Assembly (NCBI GenBank): GCA_047602425.1
Contig: JASGHG010000001.1
Location: forward strand, 4,704,001-4,768,000
DNA length: 64,000 nt
From: Nibricoccus sp.
GTDB taxonomy: Bacteria; Verrucomicrobiota; Verrucomicrobiia; Opitutales; Opitutaceae
Reading direction: 5' to 3'
Shown: in pieces, positions 40,822-54,679 of the stretch
Layout of the letters: each line of letters begins with the position of its first letter
Numbering within the stretch: position 1 is the stretch's first letter
Made by a program: the position numbers and the translations under genes
Notes under the pieces: model-generated
Seen by the model: the letters and a program-made list of their open reading frames with translations, nothing else
Databases searched by the model: none
Told to the model about the DNA's origin: nothing

Positions 40822-42135
40822 TGTTTTGTACCGGGTTGTGGGTAACACATGTACCGCTAGTGAGGTAACACTTTTCAACTCATGGAAGAAGGGCCATGGC
40901 CCTTCTTCCATGAGTTGGGACAACAAAAATACAATCGCGCGACGGCACGAGTTTGTGACGTTCGCGCTTGCGGGCTCGATCAGTATGGTGGCCTTGTGTG
41001 AGCGTTTTGGCGTCAGTCGCAAAACCGGTTACAAGTGGTTGAGGCGTTTCCATGCACAAGGGCCCGCTGGCCTGGAAGACCGGCAGCGTGCACGCGTACG
41101 TCGCAGCAACCAGACCTCATGTTCGGTGGAGACGCGTGTGGTGAAGCTGCGCACGAAGCATCCTACCTGGGGAGCGCGCAAACTACATCGCAGGCTCTGC
41201 GATCTGGGCCACACTTGCATGCCGGCGGTGAGTACCTTCGCACGCATTCTTCGCCGGCGTGGGTGCATTCACCCGCGCCACAGTGCCGCACACCAGCCGA
41301 TGCAGTGTTTTGCCAGAGCCGAGCCCAATCAACTCTGGCAAATGGACTTCAAGGGCCACTTTGCCATGCAGCGCGGTGGCCGCTGCCATCCGCTCACGGT
41401 GCTCGACGACCACTCCCGCTTTTCCGTTGGGCTTGAAGCGTGTGCCAACGAGCAGACGGTGTGCGTGCGTGAGCGCTTGGAGCGCATCTTCACCTGCTAC
41501 GGCCTGCCCGAACAGATCCTTTGCGACAACGGCCCTCCTTGGGGCGGAACAGGGCCGGAGTTCACCCAGCTCAGCGTCTGGTTGCTGCGCCTGGGCGTGG
41601 AGGTCATCCACGGCAGGCCGTTTCATCCTCAGACCCAGGGCAAAGACGAACGTTTCCACCGCACCCTCAAGGCCGATCTTCTGGACCGCCTCGACTGGCG
41701 CGACCTCGCCCAGGCACAGCGACGCTTCGATGCGTACCGCCATCTCTACAATTATGACCGTCCACATGAAGCGCTTGATCTGGCCGTGCCAGCCTCCCGC
41801 TATCGCCCCAGTTCCCGCCGAATGCCAGCCAGGCTTCCCATCGCGCAGTATGAAGCCTCGGAGCTGGTCCACCTGGTGAAATCCAAGGGCGAGATCACCT
41901 TCCAAAACCGTTTCTTCTTCATCGGCCAGGCTTTCATCGGACTGCCTGTGGCGCTGCGACCCTGCGCAGCCCACGGCGTTTATCGGGTCTGCTACGCCGC
42001 ATTTACTCTCGGCCTTATCGATCTATCAAAACCAACCAATCTTCCCAAAGGCTGCTACCATCCCCTGCTTCGGCCTACTCATACACTGTAACCCCATTAG
42101 CGGTTCATCTGTTACCCTTGACCCGAGTCTATACA
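40822..42135 (+). mobile_element. IS481-family insertion sequence, 1314 bp, with TGT...ACA ends and 5-bp target duplication TCTTG
   Basis: Imperfect ~50-bp inverted repeats (TGTTTTGTACCGGGTTGTGGGTAACACATGTACCGCTAG vs reverse complement TGTATAGACTCGGGTCAAGGGTAACAGATGAACCGCTAA); TCTTG at 40817-40821 and 42136-42140. Confidence 0.93.
40910..42091 (+). CDS. IS481-family DDE transposase
   Basis: HTH ALCERFGVSRKTGYKW; catalytic motifs WQMDFKG, ILCDNG, QTQGKDERFHRTLK. Start taken as the first in-frame ATG inside the IS. Confidence 0.92.
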   Translation: MSWDNKNTIARRHEFVTFALAGSISMVALCERFGVSRKTGYKWLRRFHAQGPAGLEDRQRARVRRSNQTSCSVETRVVKLRTKHPTWGARKLHRRLCDLGHTCMPAVSTFARILRRRGCIHPRHSAAHQPMQCFARAEPNQLWQMDFKGHFAMQRGGRCHPLTVLDDHSRFSVGLEACANEQTVCVRERLERIFTCYGLPEQILCDNGPPWGGTGPEFTQLSVWLLRLGVEVIHGRPFHPQTQGKDERFHRTLKADLLDRLDWRDLAQAQRRFDAYRHLYNYDRPHEALDLAVPASRYRPSSRRMPARLPIAQYEASELVHLVKSKGEITFQNRFFFIGQAFIGLPVALRPCAAHGVYRVCYAAFTLGLIDLSKPTNLPKGCYHPLLRPTHTL

Positions 42136-42435
42136 TCTTGCTGCGCCCTTTCTGTGGCAAACCAAACCGGGCGCAGCAAGACTGCGCCCCTACAGCCGGA
42201 GTTGTGCGGTTATGACATTTTTAAAAATGCTCTAGCTTCCTCAGTGGCACGTCTCACGGATCAGAGTTCATAGGGGACGTAACCGCTGTTTCATTCGTTC
42301 CACACCTCAAATCTCCCGAAACCAATCAACAAACCTAAAATTCCGTTCTCAGCTATCTTTGCAATCTGAGAGTTCCTCGTTTCGCCGTCGCTGCCGAATA
42401 CGGGCATCCGCGGTTAAATATCGGACATGCGGAAC

Positions 42436-42455
42436 GAGCCGCTTGATAGCGGCTC
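42436..42455. terminator. Short GC-rich hairpin downstream of the glycan cluster; possible terminator
   Basis: GAGCCGCT-TGAT-AGCGGCTC. No clear U-tract, so support is weak. Confidence 0.3.
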
Positions 42456-42492
42456 CACCAGTGTCGGTTGTGACTGTGGCAACTATTGCGGA

Positions 42493-45120
42493 CTATTTAA
42501 CGACCGCCGCGACACCAAGGATGATGAAACTGCCGTCGCCCCGGAGCTCCAGCTTGTGGCGTCCGGGACCGTATTTCATGACAAAGGCGTTGATTTGCGG
42601 CAGCGTGTCGACAGTGGCGGCATTTAGGAGCAGTGGTTCATTCGTTTGATCGCCGGCGTGGGCATCCGTTTCGAGTTCCGGCGGCTGGCGCCAGCCTTTT
42701 TCCTTGGATTGCACATAGCCAATTACGATCTGCACCGGAACCCCGGTCTCGAATTCGATCGGGACGTAGCGCCCTGCCCTGGCTTCTGTATCCGAAAAAC
42801 GGATGCCCGTCAGCGTGGCAAGTTCAGGCGCCAGCGACTGGATTTCCCAGGTGCGATCCGTGAAAACCCTCGCACCGGGCCCCGGACGGTAGGTCTCAGC
42901 TTTGGAGCTCAGGAGCGTAAACGATGCGGGCTGCAGGGGCTGGATCGCGGCGCGAGCAGCGGGACCACTGGACCGCAGGGTTTCGATGTGTTTGTCGAAT
43001 TCCACTAGTTCGTTTTCGTAGAGAGGCAGCAATTGCGTCCAATGATAGTTGGCCGGCTGTCCATCCTTCCCGCCCGGCACCGGGATGCGCCGTTGGCTGG
43101 TTTGCATGGTGTTGGCAAAGCGATAAGTGTCCTTGGTGAGAGCGGTGAGTTTGCGATATTGGTCGAGACTCGCCGCAAGCCGGTGACGCGCTTCCTCCAT
43201 GTCCTTGAGTTCATGGCTGCGTTGATAACGTAGGACCGCGAGCGCCGCCTCGGCTTTGGCGGCATAATTTTCTGAAAGTGCCTGGATGCAATAGATGTCG
43301 TTCCTCAGACGGGCGAACTCCTCGCGGTTTTTCGTGACGTGCGGCGCGGCTGCTTCAATGGCTGCGACGGCCCTGGCGGCGAATTCACGAACCTCGCGGT
43401 TGATGGAAATCGGAGTTTCGCCCTCATGCGGTTGCTTCGACCACTCCTTGTCGGCAAACTCCTGCAGTCGTTCGCCGAGCGGGGCCTGGGAGAGCCAGAG
43501 TTCGGGATACGGACGGTATTTCGCGGGCGTGACCAGTTGGTCGAGCGTCATACCGAGAGAAAGTGTTTGGCGGTTCCCTTCGGTTATCCCGTAGCGACGC
43601 AGGAGGCGCGGCGCGCATTCACCGGAATCGTTGTAGGCTTCGAGAATCTTAGCAGCTGCCTCGGATGTGCCATAGTGGGCCGCAAGGCGCTCGATCCAGT
43701 ACGCCTGATCGGCGGTAGGGTCGCGATCGGGGTTCCACGCATAACGCGCCCAAGCCTCGAACCAGATCCAATCACGTTCGATCTGTTTGAGCGGAACCTC
43801 GGTCTTGTCTGGGGCGTCCGGCCAGCTCCAGTACGCGAGCGGATAAAGGTGAAGGCCACCCGCGCCAAGGCGGTCGCGCATGGCGATGACGGATTTCTGG
43901 ATGAAACGTTGTGCACCGTAGCGGAACGGCTCCAGGTTCGCGAGAATGTGAACATTGGCCAAGTGCGTTGTCCCCAGTTTGCTCATCGCCAGGTGTGTCT
44001 GCTGCCAGACACCGCGCGGTTCCCACGTGGTCAACGACTCGCCATTGAATTTTGCCTCTGTGTAGAGGTTTTTGTAGACCTTGAGCGCCTCGGGCATCAC
44101 GACGCGCGGGTCGGTAGCGTGTGTGCGCACAACGACAGGCGGTTCTTCCTTCAAGCCCGCAGCGGCCATGCCGTCCTTCACGCCGGGCAAAATCACTTTC
44201 GAGAGCCAATCGTTTTGCATCGGCACATCCTGGAGCGCCTCACCGAGGCAGATCATCAGGCCAACGTTGGGATATTGATGCACGAATTCGGCGATGGACT
44301 TGCGAGTATAGTCGGCGGCGAGTTCGTTTGTCTTATTGAGTTGGGTCGGCAAGCCGTTCTTTTTTGCAAAAGGTTTTGAAAGAAGAATATTATAGAACAT
44401 CTGTACGACCCAGATGCCGCGCTTGTCGGCCTCCTGCGCGATGTAGCGGAACATCTCGGCGTTTTCCTTGAACTGTTCCTCCGAGACTTCGAGCGCGTAC
44501 GGGTAGTCGGCGAGTTTCACCAGCGAGGCGAACGGATGCCCGTTCCAAAGGTACAGCGTGTTCATCCGCTGCCCGGCAAGATAATCGAGATACTCTTTCC
44601 AAAATGCCTTGTCGTAGAAAAACGGGAAAAGCTCCTTCGTGTATGGATACTCGTAAACGTGGCGACCGGGCAGAATGAAAGTTTTCTGCATGCCGATGCA
44701 TGGACCGCGGAGCTTGAGGACAGGCGCGTCGACGATACGGCAATGGGCCGGCAAGTGTCGCAGGTCCTTCACGTTTTCCGTCAGGTGCAAGCAACCGTAG
44801 AGTACGCCGGTGTCGTCGTGGCCGATGACTGCGATTGTTTTTTCTCCGGCATCTGCAATCACATAGCCCTCGGACCGCAATTCGCCTTCAGCAATTTTGA
44901 CGCGGCCGGCCTCGATGAGGCTTTTGATTTCCTGAGCCTGCGGCACCCCGATGACAATTTTCGCGGCCGTCTGATCCAAGCCGAACGTCGCTTGCAGTCG
45001 CTCTGCACCATAACGCACACGCGGCGACGCGTCGGTCGGCGCAGAAACGCTGGCGGCCCGCGCAATTCCAGCGGCGAGCAATACGAAAACAATTTGTCCC
45101 AGGAAACGACAATTCAGCAT
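42493..45120 (-). CDS. Secreted glycoside hydrolase, probably GH138-like alpha-D-galacturonidase
   Basis: Signal peptide; N-terminal EGY...IAVIGHDDTGVLYG domain; LRGPCIGMQK...VYEYPYT...MNTLYLWNGHPFASLV, recalled as characteristic of GH138. Needs HMM confirmation. Confidence 0.65.
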   Translation of the reverse strand: MLNCRFLGQIVFVLLAAGIARAASVSAPTDASPRVRYGAERLQATFGLDQTAAKIVIGVPQAQEIKSLIEAGRVKIAEGELRSEGYVIADAGEKTIAVIGHDDTGVLYGCLHLTENVKDLRHLPAHCRIVDAPVLKLRGPCIGMQKTFILPGRHVYEYPYTKELFPFFYDKAFWKEYLDYLAGQRMNTLYLWNGHPFASLVKLADYPYALEVSEEQFKENAEMFRYIAQEADKRGIWVVQMFYNILLSKPFAKKNGLPTQLNKTNELAADYTRKSIAEFVHQYPNVGLMICLGEALQDVPMQNDWLSKVILPGVKDGMAAAGLKEEPPVVVRTHATDPRVVMPEALKVYKNLYTEAKFNGESLTTWEPRGVWQQTHLAMSKLGTTHLANVHILANLEPFRYGAQRFIQKSVIAMRDRLGAGGLHLYPLAYWSWPDAPDKTEVPLKQIERDWIWFEAWARYAWNPDRDPTADQAYWIERLAAHYGTSEAAAKILEAYNDSGECAPRLLRRYGITEGNRQTLSLGMTLDQLVTPAKYRPYPELWLSQAPLGERLQEFADKEWSKQPHEGETPISINREVREFAARAVAAIEAAAPHVTKNREEFARLRNDIYCIQALSENYAAKAEAALAVLRYQRSHELKDMEEARHRLAASLDQYRKLTALTKDTYRFANTMQTSQRRIPVPGGKDGQPANYHWTQLLPLYENELVEFDKHIETLRSSGPAARAAIQPLQPASFTLLSSKAETYRPGPGARVFTDRTWEIQSLAPELATLTGIRFSDTEARAGRYVPIEFETGVPVQIVIGYVQSKEKGWRQPPELETDAHAGDQTNEPLLLNAATVDTLPQINAFVMKYGPGRHKLELRGDGSFIILGVAAVVK

Positions 45121-45129
45121 GGCGGAAAA

Positions 45130-48462
<3,333 letters not shown>

Positions 48463-50853
48463 TCAGCCTTCGATGGATTTTGTTTCCCCTGGCTTGAGGG
48501 AGAGTTCGATGGTGCGACTGCCAACGACGATTCGCGTCGTCGTTCCGCCCACGCTCTTGATCGCTGCGGAGACGAGCTTGCCGGATTTCCAAACAAGCGA
48601 GACTTCGAAACCGCCACGAGCGCGCAGACCGTTGACGGAGCCCTCGGCCCAGGCGTCGGGCAAGCACGGCAAGAGACGGATCACGCCGGGTTCGCTTTGC
48701 AGCAACATTTCCGCGATTGCGGCGGCACCACCGAAATTGCCATCGAGCTGAAACGGAGGATGTGCGTCGAAGAGATTCGGATACGTGCCGCCACTGTGTT
48801 GTTTTTGGGAAGTTTCCTGATTGGCGGGTTTGAGATGTTCGCCAAGGATCTTGGCCGCGCGATTGCCATCGCCGATGCGAGCCCACATGGCGAGTTTCAT
48901 GGCCAGGCCCCAACCCGTTCCTTCGTCGCCGCGCGCATCGAGGGTTTTGCGCGAAGCCGTCACGAGTGCGGGTGTCGTTGTCGGGCTGATTTCCATGCCG
49001 GGATAAAGGCCCCAGAGATGTGCGGTGTGGCGATGGTGCGGATCGGGCTCGGGGTATTCCTCGAGCCACTCCATCACACGGCCATCGGAACCGATGCGTG
49101 TCGGGGCCAGGTGCGCGATTTTTTCGGACAGCTCGGCGCGGAAAGCGTCGTCGATGCCAAGGATTTTAGATGACTCGATGCAGGCGTTAAAAAGATAACG
49201 GATAATCTGGATGTCGGAGGTGGCACCCAAACAGATGTGGACATTTTTTCCATCAGGCAGCGAAAAAGCATTTTCTGGCGAATTCGACGGCGCGGTCACG
49301 AGCCATTTGTTTTTTGGCTCTTCGATCAGCATGTCCGAATAGAATAAAGCCGAACCTTTCATAACCGGATAAGCCCATTTCAAAAATTCCTTGTTGTTGG
49401 TGAATAGATAGTGATCCCAAAGGTGCTGACACAGCCAGGCGGAGCCGGTGGTCGTGGCGCCCCAGTTGGCTCCTTCGCCGGGCGAAGTAAATCCCCAGGG
49501 GTTCGTGATAACATGCGCAACCCAGCCGCGGGCATTATAGTAGGCCTTGGCCGTTTTCGCGCCCGGCTCCTGCAGTCCGGCGATGAGCTTGAACAAAGGT
49601 TCGTGGAGTTCGGATAAATTACACACCTCGGCGGGCCAATAGTTCATCTGCACGTTGACGTTGAGGTGCCAGTCTCCATTCCATGGCGTCTGCACGCCGT
49701 CGGCCCAGATGCCTTGCAGATTGGCCGGCAGTCCGCCGGGACGGGAAGTTGAAATCAACACATAGCGGCCAAAATTAAAATACAGCGCAACAAGCGAGGG
49801 ATCGTCGCTCCCTGCGCGGAAAGCCGCGAGGCGCTCGGCCGTGGACTTGCTCGCGGCGGGAAGCGTCAGCGCATCAACCGAACCGATCCGCAGAGCCACG
49901 CGGTCGTAGAAACGGCGAAAGTCGTCGATGTGAGCGATACGAAGTTGTGAAAACGTTTTACCAGCGGCGTGCGAGAGATCGGCGCGGGCGGTTTTAGCCG
50001 CGTCGAGGACCTTCCGTCCTGTGAAGGTTTTGATGTCGGTTGCCGCGGTGATGAGGAGCGTTACTTCATCGGCGTCCCGGATGACGAGTGTGGCGCTGGA
50101 GGTTTTGACCGAGCCGCCGCGCACGATGGCGCGTACGTTTGCCGCAAAGCGCACGCCGTTGCCGTCGGTGCCATTGGTCAGCTGACCGGTCATGTTCAAA
50201 CCATTGTCACCATCGGCGGAGAAAGTGGCGCATTCTTTGCGATCAAGCGTCGCTTCGAAGGAAATCGCGCGGGGCTTGTCGGCCTTGATGCGATAAACGA
50301 TCACCTCGTCGGGCTTGCTGGAAAAAACTTCGCGGACGAATTTCACGCCACCTTGATCGTAGGAAGTGGTGACAATGGCATCGCGCAGATCGAGCTCGCG
50401 GCGGTAATTTTTCACTGCCGCCGCCACGGACCCACTGCGCACAAACTTTAGCCGCAGATCGCCGAGCACTTGGTAAGAGCCATATGGCACTTTCGCGCCC
50501 TGGCCGAAACCCGAACCTTTGCCGGCACACGTGAAACTGGCCCAGACCAGTTTTTCCGCCTCGGCATTCTTACCCTCGAGCAGGAGGCGGCGGATTTCTG
50601 GCAGCGCGGCGGCGGCATCGGTGCGGTCGGCTTCCTGCGGTCCACCGGACCACATGCCGCTCTCGTTTAGGACGACACGTTCCTCCTCGACGCCACCAAA
50701 GACCATCGCGCCAAGCCGTCCGTTCCCGATGGGACTTGATTCGGTAAAATGCATCGCCGCTGTGTTAAAGAGCACAATGCGATCGGGCGAAGAACCATGT
50801 AGCCAGGCGGCGGAGAAAATGAAAAACTTGGCAAACAGACGAAGGGATTTCAT
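48463..50853 (-). CDS. GH95 alpha-L-fucosidase / alpha-L-galactosidase
   Basis: [59 protein letters not shown]. Start reassigned to 50853 ([11 protein letters not shown] overlap). Confidence 0.93.
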   Translation of the reverse strand: MKSLRLFAKFFIFSAAWLHGSSPDRIVLFNTAAMHFTESSPIGNGRLGAMVFGGVEEERVVLNESGMWSGGPQEADRTDAAAALPEIRRLLLEGKNAEAEKLVWASFTCAGKGSGFGQGAKVPYGSYQVLGDLRLKFVRSGSVAAAVKNYRRELDLRDAIVTTSYDQGGVKFVREVFSSKPDEVIVYRIKADKPRAISFEATLDRKECATFSADGDNGLNMTGQLTNGTDGNGVRFAANVRAIVRGGSVKTSSATLVIRDADEVTLLITAATDIKTFTGRKVLDAAKTARADLSHAAGKTFSQLRIAHIDDFRRFYDRVALRIGSVDALTLPAASKSTAERLAAFRAGSDDPSLVALYFNFGRYVLISTSRPGGLPANLQGIWADGVQTPWNGDWHLNVNVQMNYWPAEVCNLSELHEPLFKLIAGLQEPGAKTAKAYYNARGWVAHVITNPWGFTSPGEGANWGATTTGSAWLCQHLWDHYLFTNNKEFLKWAYPVMKGSALFYSDMLIEEPKNKWLVTAPSNSPENAFSLPDGKNVHICLGATSDIQIIRYLFNACIESSKILGIDDAFRAELSEKIAHLAPTRIGSDGRVMEWLEEYPEPDPHHRHTAHLWGLYPGMEISPTTTPALVTASRKTLDARGDEGTGWGLAMKLAMWARIGDGNRAAKILGEHLKPANQETSQKQHSGGTYPNLFDAHPPFQLDGNFGGAAAIAEMLLQSEPGVIRLLPCLPDAWAEGSVNGLRARGGFEVSLVWKSGKLVSAAIKSVGGTTTRIVVGSRTIELSLKPGETKSIEG

Positions 50854-51983
50854 GAGCAGAATTCGTGAATGGCGTGATAGAGGCGGTGTTGCTCCTCTGG
50901 ATTTTGAACGTGAGTGCCGACGATAAGGCGCACGCCCGGTTTCCACAAGCGGTGAACGTGCGACATGACTTCGTCGAAATCGCCAACAAGCCGCGCGTGC
51001 AAAATCACGCCAGTGCCAGCCAGCGCGTCGCGAAACTCCTCGCATTTGTTGTACGCGGGATCGGTTTGCGGACTAAAAGCGCCGTCGATCATGGTGAGAT
51101 TTTTGATTTTCTTCACCGCTTCAATCCACCGTCCCCAATTGCCGCAGGAATGGATGGCGGTGCCGCCAAAGGCCGCACCGATCCGTTCGCAATCGGCCAC
51201 GCAAAACTCCTCGAACATCGGAGGCGACACCATGATGAGATTGTCCGTGCTCAAACCGATGCCGGTGCCAGCCCGCGAACTCGCGAAACCGTGCCCCGGG
51301 CGCGCCAGGAGATTGCCGATCAATTCGCTCTGCTTTTGTGTGAAGCGAATGAGTTCGTCGCTGATGGCGGCCATGATTTCGCGCACCCGTTCCGGCTCCT
51401 CATAAAACGAAGCCAGGAACTGACTCACATCGACAAGACCGCCCGCGGCGTTGATCGGGCCTTGAATGTCGCACCAGGACATGGGCACTTGTCCGCGGGT
51501 CTGTTCGAGGAAATATTCGATCGTCATTAACGTCGACGCGAGCACAGGCGAAAGACCGGGTAGTCGCTCCAATTTCGCTGGCACTTCACTCACCGAACCA
51601 TAGCGCGGAATCACCGCAGGAGATTGTCCGGGAAACCATTCGTAGTCGGCCCCAAAAGCCGCGGCCGTCGTTCCGATGCCATACCAAGGCTCCAGATAGG
51701 TCGGTGCGTCCGTCAGGTAATCCATCGTGCGTGCGAGCGCACCGAGCTGCCAGTGCAACGACTGTTCACGATCACGACAGCCATCGCGAAAGACCTCGCC
51801 GGCGCGCACACGTTGCCAGACCGCCACGCCGTCGCGCTTCGCGAGAAACGCGGCGTAGCGTTTGTCGGCTTCGGCGGCGAAACCGGCGTAGCGGGCAAAA
51901 TCGAAAGCCGCAGGCGCGGTTCGCACCACGGGCATGGCCATCGAATCTTTTTTTGTCGTGTCGAATTTGGCGGGAGCAGCCAT
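50850..51983 (-). CDS. URO-D / MtaA (MT2 methyltransferase)-fold protein
   Basis: [44 protein letters not shown] metal-binding-type motif. Confidence 0.72.
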   Translation of the reverse strand: MAAPAKFDTTKKDSMAMPVVRTAPAAFDFARYAGFAAEADKRYAAFLAKRDGVAVWQRVRAGEVFRDGCRDREQSLHWQLGALARTMDYLTDAPTYLEPWYGIGTTAAAFGADYEWFPGQSPAVIPRYGSVSEVPAKLERLPGLSPVLASTLMTIEYFLEQTRGQVPMSWCDIQGPINAAGGLVDVSQFLASFYEEPERVREIMAAISDELIRFTQKQSELIGNLLARPGHGFASSRAGTGIGLSTDNLIMVSPPMFEEFCVADCERIGAAFGGTAIHSCGNWGRWIEAVKKIKNLTMIDGAFSPQTDPAYNKCEEFRDALAGTGVILHARLVGDFDEVMSHVHRLWKPGVRLIVGTHVQNPEEQHRLYHAIHEFCS

Positions 51984-51992
51984 CGGCGAACC

Positions 51993-52331
51993 TCAATCTT
52001 GATGGAAAACTTCCTCCATGTTTGCCCACCACTCGCCTGGCGCGCGATCGTCGAGCGCCTTTTGGCACGGAATGCAAACCGACCACCATTTCTGCGTCGT
52101 CGGATCGGCCGCCATTTTCGCCATGTCCGCGGCGAAATCGTTGCCGAAATATTCGAAGTAACTAAAAAGGTAATGCTGGCCGTCGGGCATTTTTCGCAGG
52201 TAGATAGAATAATTCCTGATATTGCACGCGCTGATCATGGCCAGCACGCCCGGCCAGACCGCGGCGTGCAGTTTCTTGTATTCGTCGAGCTTTTCGGCAC
52301 GGACGCCGATGACAGAACCGTAGCGTTTCAT
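51993..52331 (-). CDS. rhaM: L-rhamnose mutarotase family protein
   Basis: EYKKLHAAVWPGV, NIRNYSIY, LFSYFEY, TQKWW, MEEVFH. Confidence 0.88.
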   Translation of the reverse strand: MKRYGSVIGVRAEKLDEYKKLHAAVWPGVLAMISACNIRNYSIYLRKMPDGQHYLFSYFEYFGNDFAADMAKMAADPTTQKWWSVCIPCQKALDDRAPGEWWANMEEVFHQD

Positions 52332-52341
52332 AGTTTTCCAG

Positions 52342-53418
52342 TTAGTGAGAGGTTGAGGTGTCTCCGAGATAATTTCCGTAGGTCAGCAGCAGAACCGCCG
52401 CGCAAAGCACAACCAAGCCCAGGCCGATCGCGGAATGCGTGCGCGGGCTGCAGCGTTTCCATTCCTTGAAAACAATGGCGACAAGATTGCTAAACAACAC
52501 GAGCATCACCATGTGAATAGCCCAGCTGGAAAAGGCGTACTCCTTGCCCAGGCGCACATGGCCGAGGTTGTAGAAGAAAAATTGTCCGTACCACAGCGTG
52601 CCTGTGGCAATCGCGAGCAGGTAGTTTACCGGCAGGCTGGCCGGCTCACTTCCCTCTTTGAGCCTGGTGAGTTCTCCGAGCGTTTTGTTCTTTCGTGCGA
52701 GAAATAAACTATAGGCCAGCGCGGTCAGAAACGCGCCGCTGTTGGCGAAGATGTACGTTACATTGCCGCGCCAATAACCCGCTCCGTGTTTTTCCGCGAT
52801 ATCGGCAATCGGTGTCGCGACTTCCAAAGCGAAACCGTAAACCGCCGACAATGCTCCAGCGATCAGCGAGAGCGTGAGGCCCTTCGTGAGGGAAAATTCG
52901 CCGGCGCCGGCTGCGGTTGCTTTCAAATCGCTTTCCTTAAACCGGCCAGCCATGCCACAAATCGCAATGCCCAGAGCGCCCGCGGCGACACCGCCGAACA
53001 CCCAACCAGAGCCAACTTTTGCGGCGATATCGCCAAATTGTCCACGCACGAGCGGCGGCACCAACGTGCCCAGCACGCTGGAAAGACCGACCGCGATCGA
53101 ATAGGTCAGCGAAAAGCCAATGTAGCGGATCGCAACGTTAAAAGCCGTTCCGCCCACGCCGTAGGCCACACCCATCAGGAAGGACCAAAGCATGCGATCC
53201 TTGGGCGCCTCTGCCAGAACCGCGCCTAAATCCGGAATCGTCAGCCATGCGCCGACGATGGGCCACAGGAACCAGCAAAACGCGGCCTGAACCATCCAAA
53301 AAACCTCCCAGGACCAGCGTTTGATGTACTTTTGGGGCGAATAGCAATTGGCGGCGAAAAACGCGCCGATTCCGTGGAAACCAACGCCAAGAAAAGGTTG
53401 CGGGGTAATAGGAGCCAT
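52342..53418 (-). CDS. rhaT: RhaT-family L-rhamnose/proton symporter
   Basis: About ten hydrophobic segments; KRWSWEVFW, YGVGG...IRYIGFSL, LWYGQFFFY, SWAIHM, KEWK. Confidence 0.85.
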   Translation of the reverse strand: MAPITPQPFLGVGFHGIGAFFAANCYSPQKYIKRWSWEVFWMVQAAFCWFLWPIVGAWLTIPDLGAVLAEAPKDRMLWSFLMGVAYGVGGTAFNVAIRYIGFSLTYSIAVGLSSVLGTLVPPLVRGQFGDIAAKVGSGWVFGGVAAGALGIAICGMAGRFKESDLKATAAGAGEFSLTKGLTLSLIAGALSAVYGFALEVATPIADIAEKHGAGYWRGNVTYIFANSGAFLTALAYSLFLARKNKTLGELTRLKEGSEPASLPVNYLLAIATGTLWYGQFFFYNLGHVRLGKEYAFSSWAIHMVMLVLFSNLVAIVFKEWKRCSPRTHSAIGLGLVVLCAAVLLLTYGNYLGDTSTSH

Positions 53419-53441
53419 GGAGGTGCGGGGTATTTGGATTA

Positions 53442-54644
53442 TTATAATTGTTCGGCGTATTCGCCAAGGCCAAGCGGGTATCTGCCGTATTCACGAACCA
53501 ACTTCACAATGAAATCGTAGGTTTCGCCGGAAACACTGCTGCTGACCGAGTGGTCCGAGGCGAAAATGTAGCCGCCGCCGCGCGCAGCGTTGAGCTTGCG
53601 CAACACCTCGCGCTTGATCGCGGCCTTGTCGCCGGTTTCCCAAATTTGCACGTCGCTGTTTCCGAAGAAACCGACCTTGTGGCCGTATTGCCTGCGCAAT
53701 TCCACGCAGTCCATGCCGGCTTTTACCTCTAGCGGATTGTAAGACAAAATTCCCATCTCAGCAAAATCGGCGAAGATGGCTTTCACGTTGCCACAACCAT
53801 GATAGGTCACGGGCAAACCCTTCGAGCGGGCGTAGTCGGTCATGTGCGCGACCCAGGGCTTGAAATGCTCACGCCAGTAAGCGGGCGAAAAAAGCATGGC
53901 GTTTTTATACGCAACGTCGCCCCAGATATGGAAACCATCGAGCAGGCCAGCGCCGGCGTCGATTTCGGCCTTCGCGCATTCGAGGAGGTGTGCACCGATT
54001 TTGTTAATTGCTGCCCCCATGCGTTCCGGCTCCTCGCCCATCCACATCAGCGCGTTTTCTTGCCCAACCAGTCGCGTGAGACATTCACTGACTTCGATCA
54101 TGCTGCCGAAGACCGGGAAGTCCGGGCGCAAAGAGTTCACCGTATCGATCCAAGCGGGAGAGTTGCGTTCAAAGCCATCTCCTACTCCGGCGATCTGGTT
54201 GTCTCCGCCGGAGAAAAAACGCCGCGGATCGCGTGGATCGTCGAATTTCGCAGCCTCGAGTTTTTCCAGCGTATCGATTTCCCATGAGCGCATTTCCGGC
54301 ATGGGAAAAGCAAATTGCTTATGGATCACCGCGCCGAAACCGGTCTTGACGACGACTTCCTCGGCATTTTCGACGAGTGTCTCGAAGGGCCGAATCCACG
54401 GGTCCATGTTCGGCACCGTGATAATCAAATCGAGATCGTAGTAATAATAGGGATTTGCATCCGCAGGCAAACCCAGTTCCTTGCGCCAACGCCTTGTGAA
54501 GCCGCCCCAAAAAAAATCCGTCACAGGAACGCGATCCGGCTCCTCGTGATGAAGCGCCTTGTTAAGGCGTTCCAATTTGCGCAGCGTATTTTCCTTCCGA
54601 CCTTTTTCGGCGGCGGATTTTCCAAACGTGTCGAACATGCTCAT
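53442..54644 (-). CDS. URO-D / MtaA-fold protein
   Basis: ALHHEEPDRVP, WGDVAYKNAMLFSP, YHGCGN, NPLEVKAGMD, GGGYIFASDHSV. Start reassigned to 54644 (MSMFDT). Confidence 0.82.
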   Translation of the reverse strand: MSMFDTFGKSAAEKGRKENTLRKLERLNKALHHEEPDRVPVTDFFWGGFTRRWRKELGLPADANPYYYYDLDLIITVPNMDPWIRPFETLVENAEEVVVKTGFGAVIHKQFAFPMPEMRSWEIDTLEKLEAAKFDDPRDPRRFFSGGDNQIAGVGDGFERNSPAWIDTVNSLRPDFPVFGSMIEVSECLTRLVGQENALMWMGEEPERMGAAINKIGAHLLECAKAEIDAGAGLLDGFHIWGDVAYKNAMLFSPAYWREHFKPWVAHMTDYARSKGLPVTYHGCGNVKAIFADFAEMGILSYNPLEVKAGMDCVELRRQYGHKVGFFGNSDVQIWETGDKAAIKREVLRKLNAARGGGYIFASDHSVSSSVSGETYDFIVKLVREYGRYPLGLGEYAEQL

Positions 54645-54679
54645 GTTTTGGGGAGGTAGAAAGCGGGTTGACGAGAGGT

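Larger units (their letters stand above)
40747..42234. repeat. MITE/REPIN-like element, copy 2, interrupted by an IS481-family element (arms 40747-40821 and 42136-42234)
   Basis: Removing 40822-42140 restores a 165-bp GAGCA...TGCTC unit colinear with the 166-bp unit at 5327-5492. Confidence 0.9.

Noticed and set aside
40787..40909. N-terminal extension of the transposase in the ORF track
   Set aside because: It starts outside the IS boundary (40822), within the repeat.
42235..42492. Immunity gene or ncRNA after the effectors
   Set aside because: No convincing ORF or recognisable RNA structure beyond one short hairpin.
50850..54644. hemE (heme biosynthesis) assignment
   Set aside because: HxCG motifs and the sugar-operon context fit the broader URO-D/MtaA superfamily; no other heme genes are nearby.
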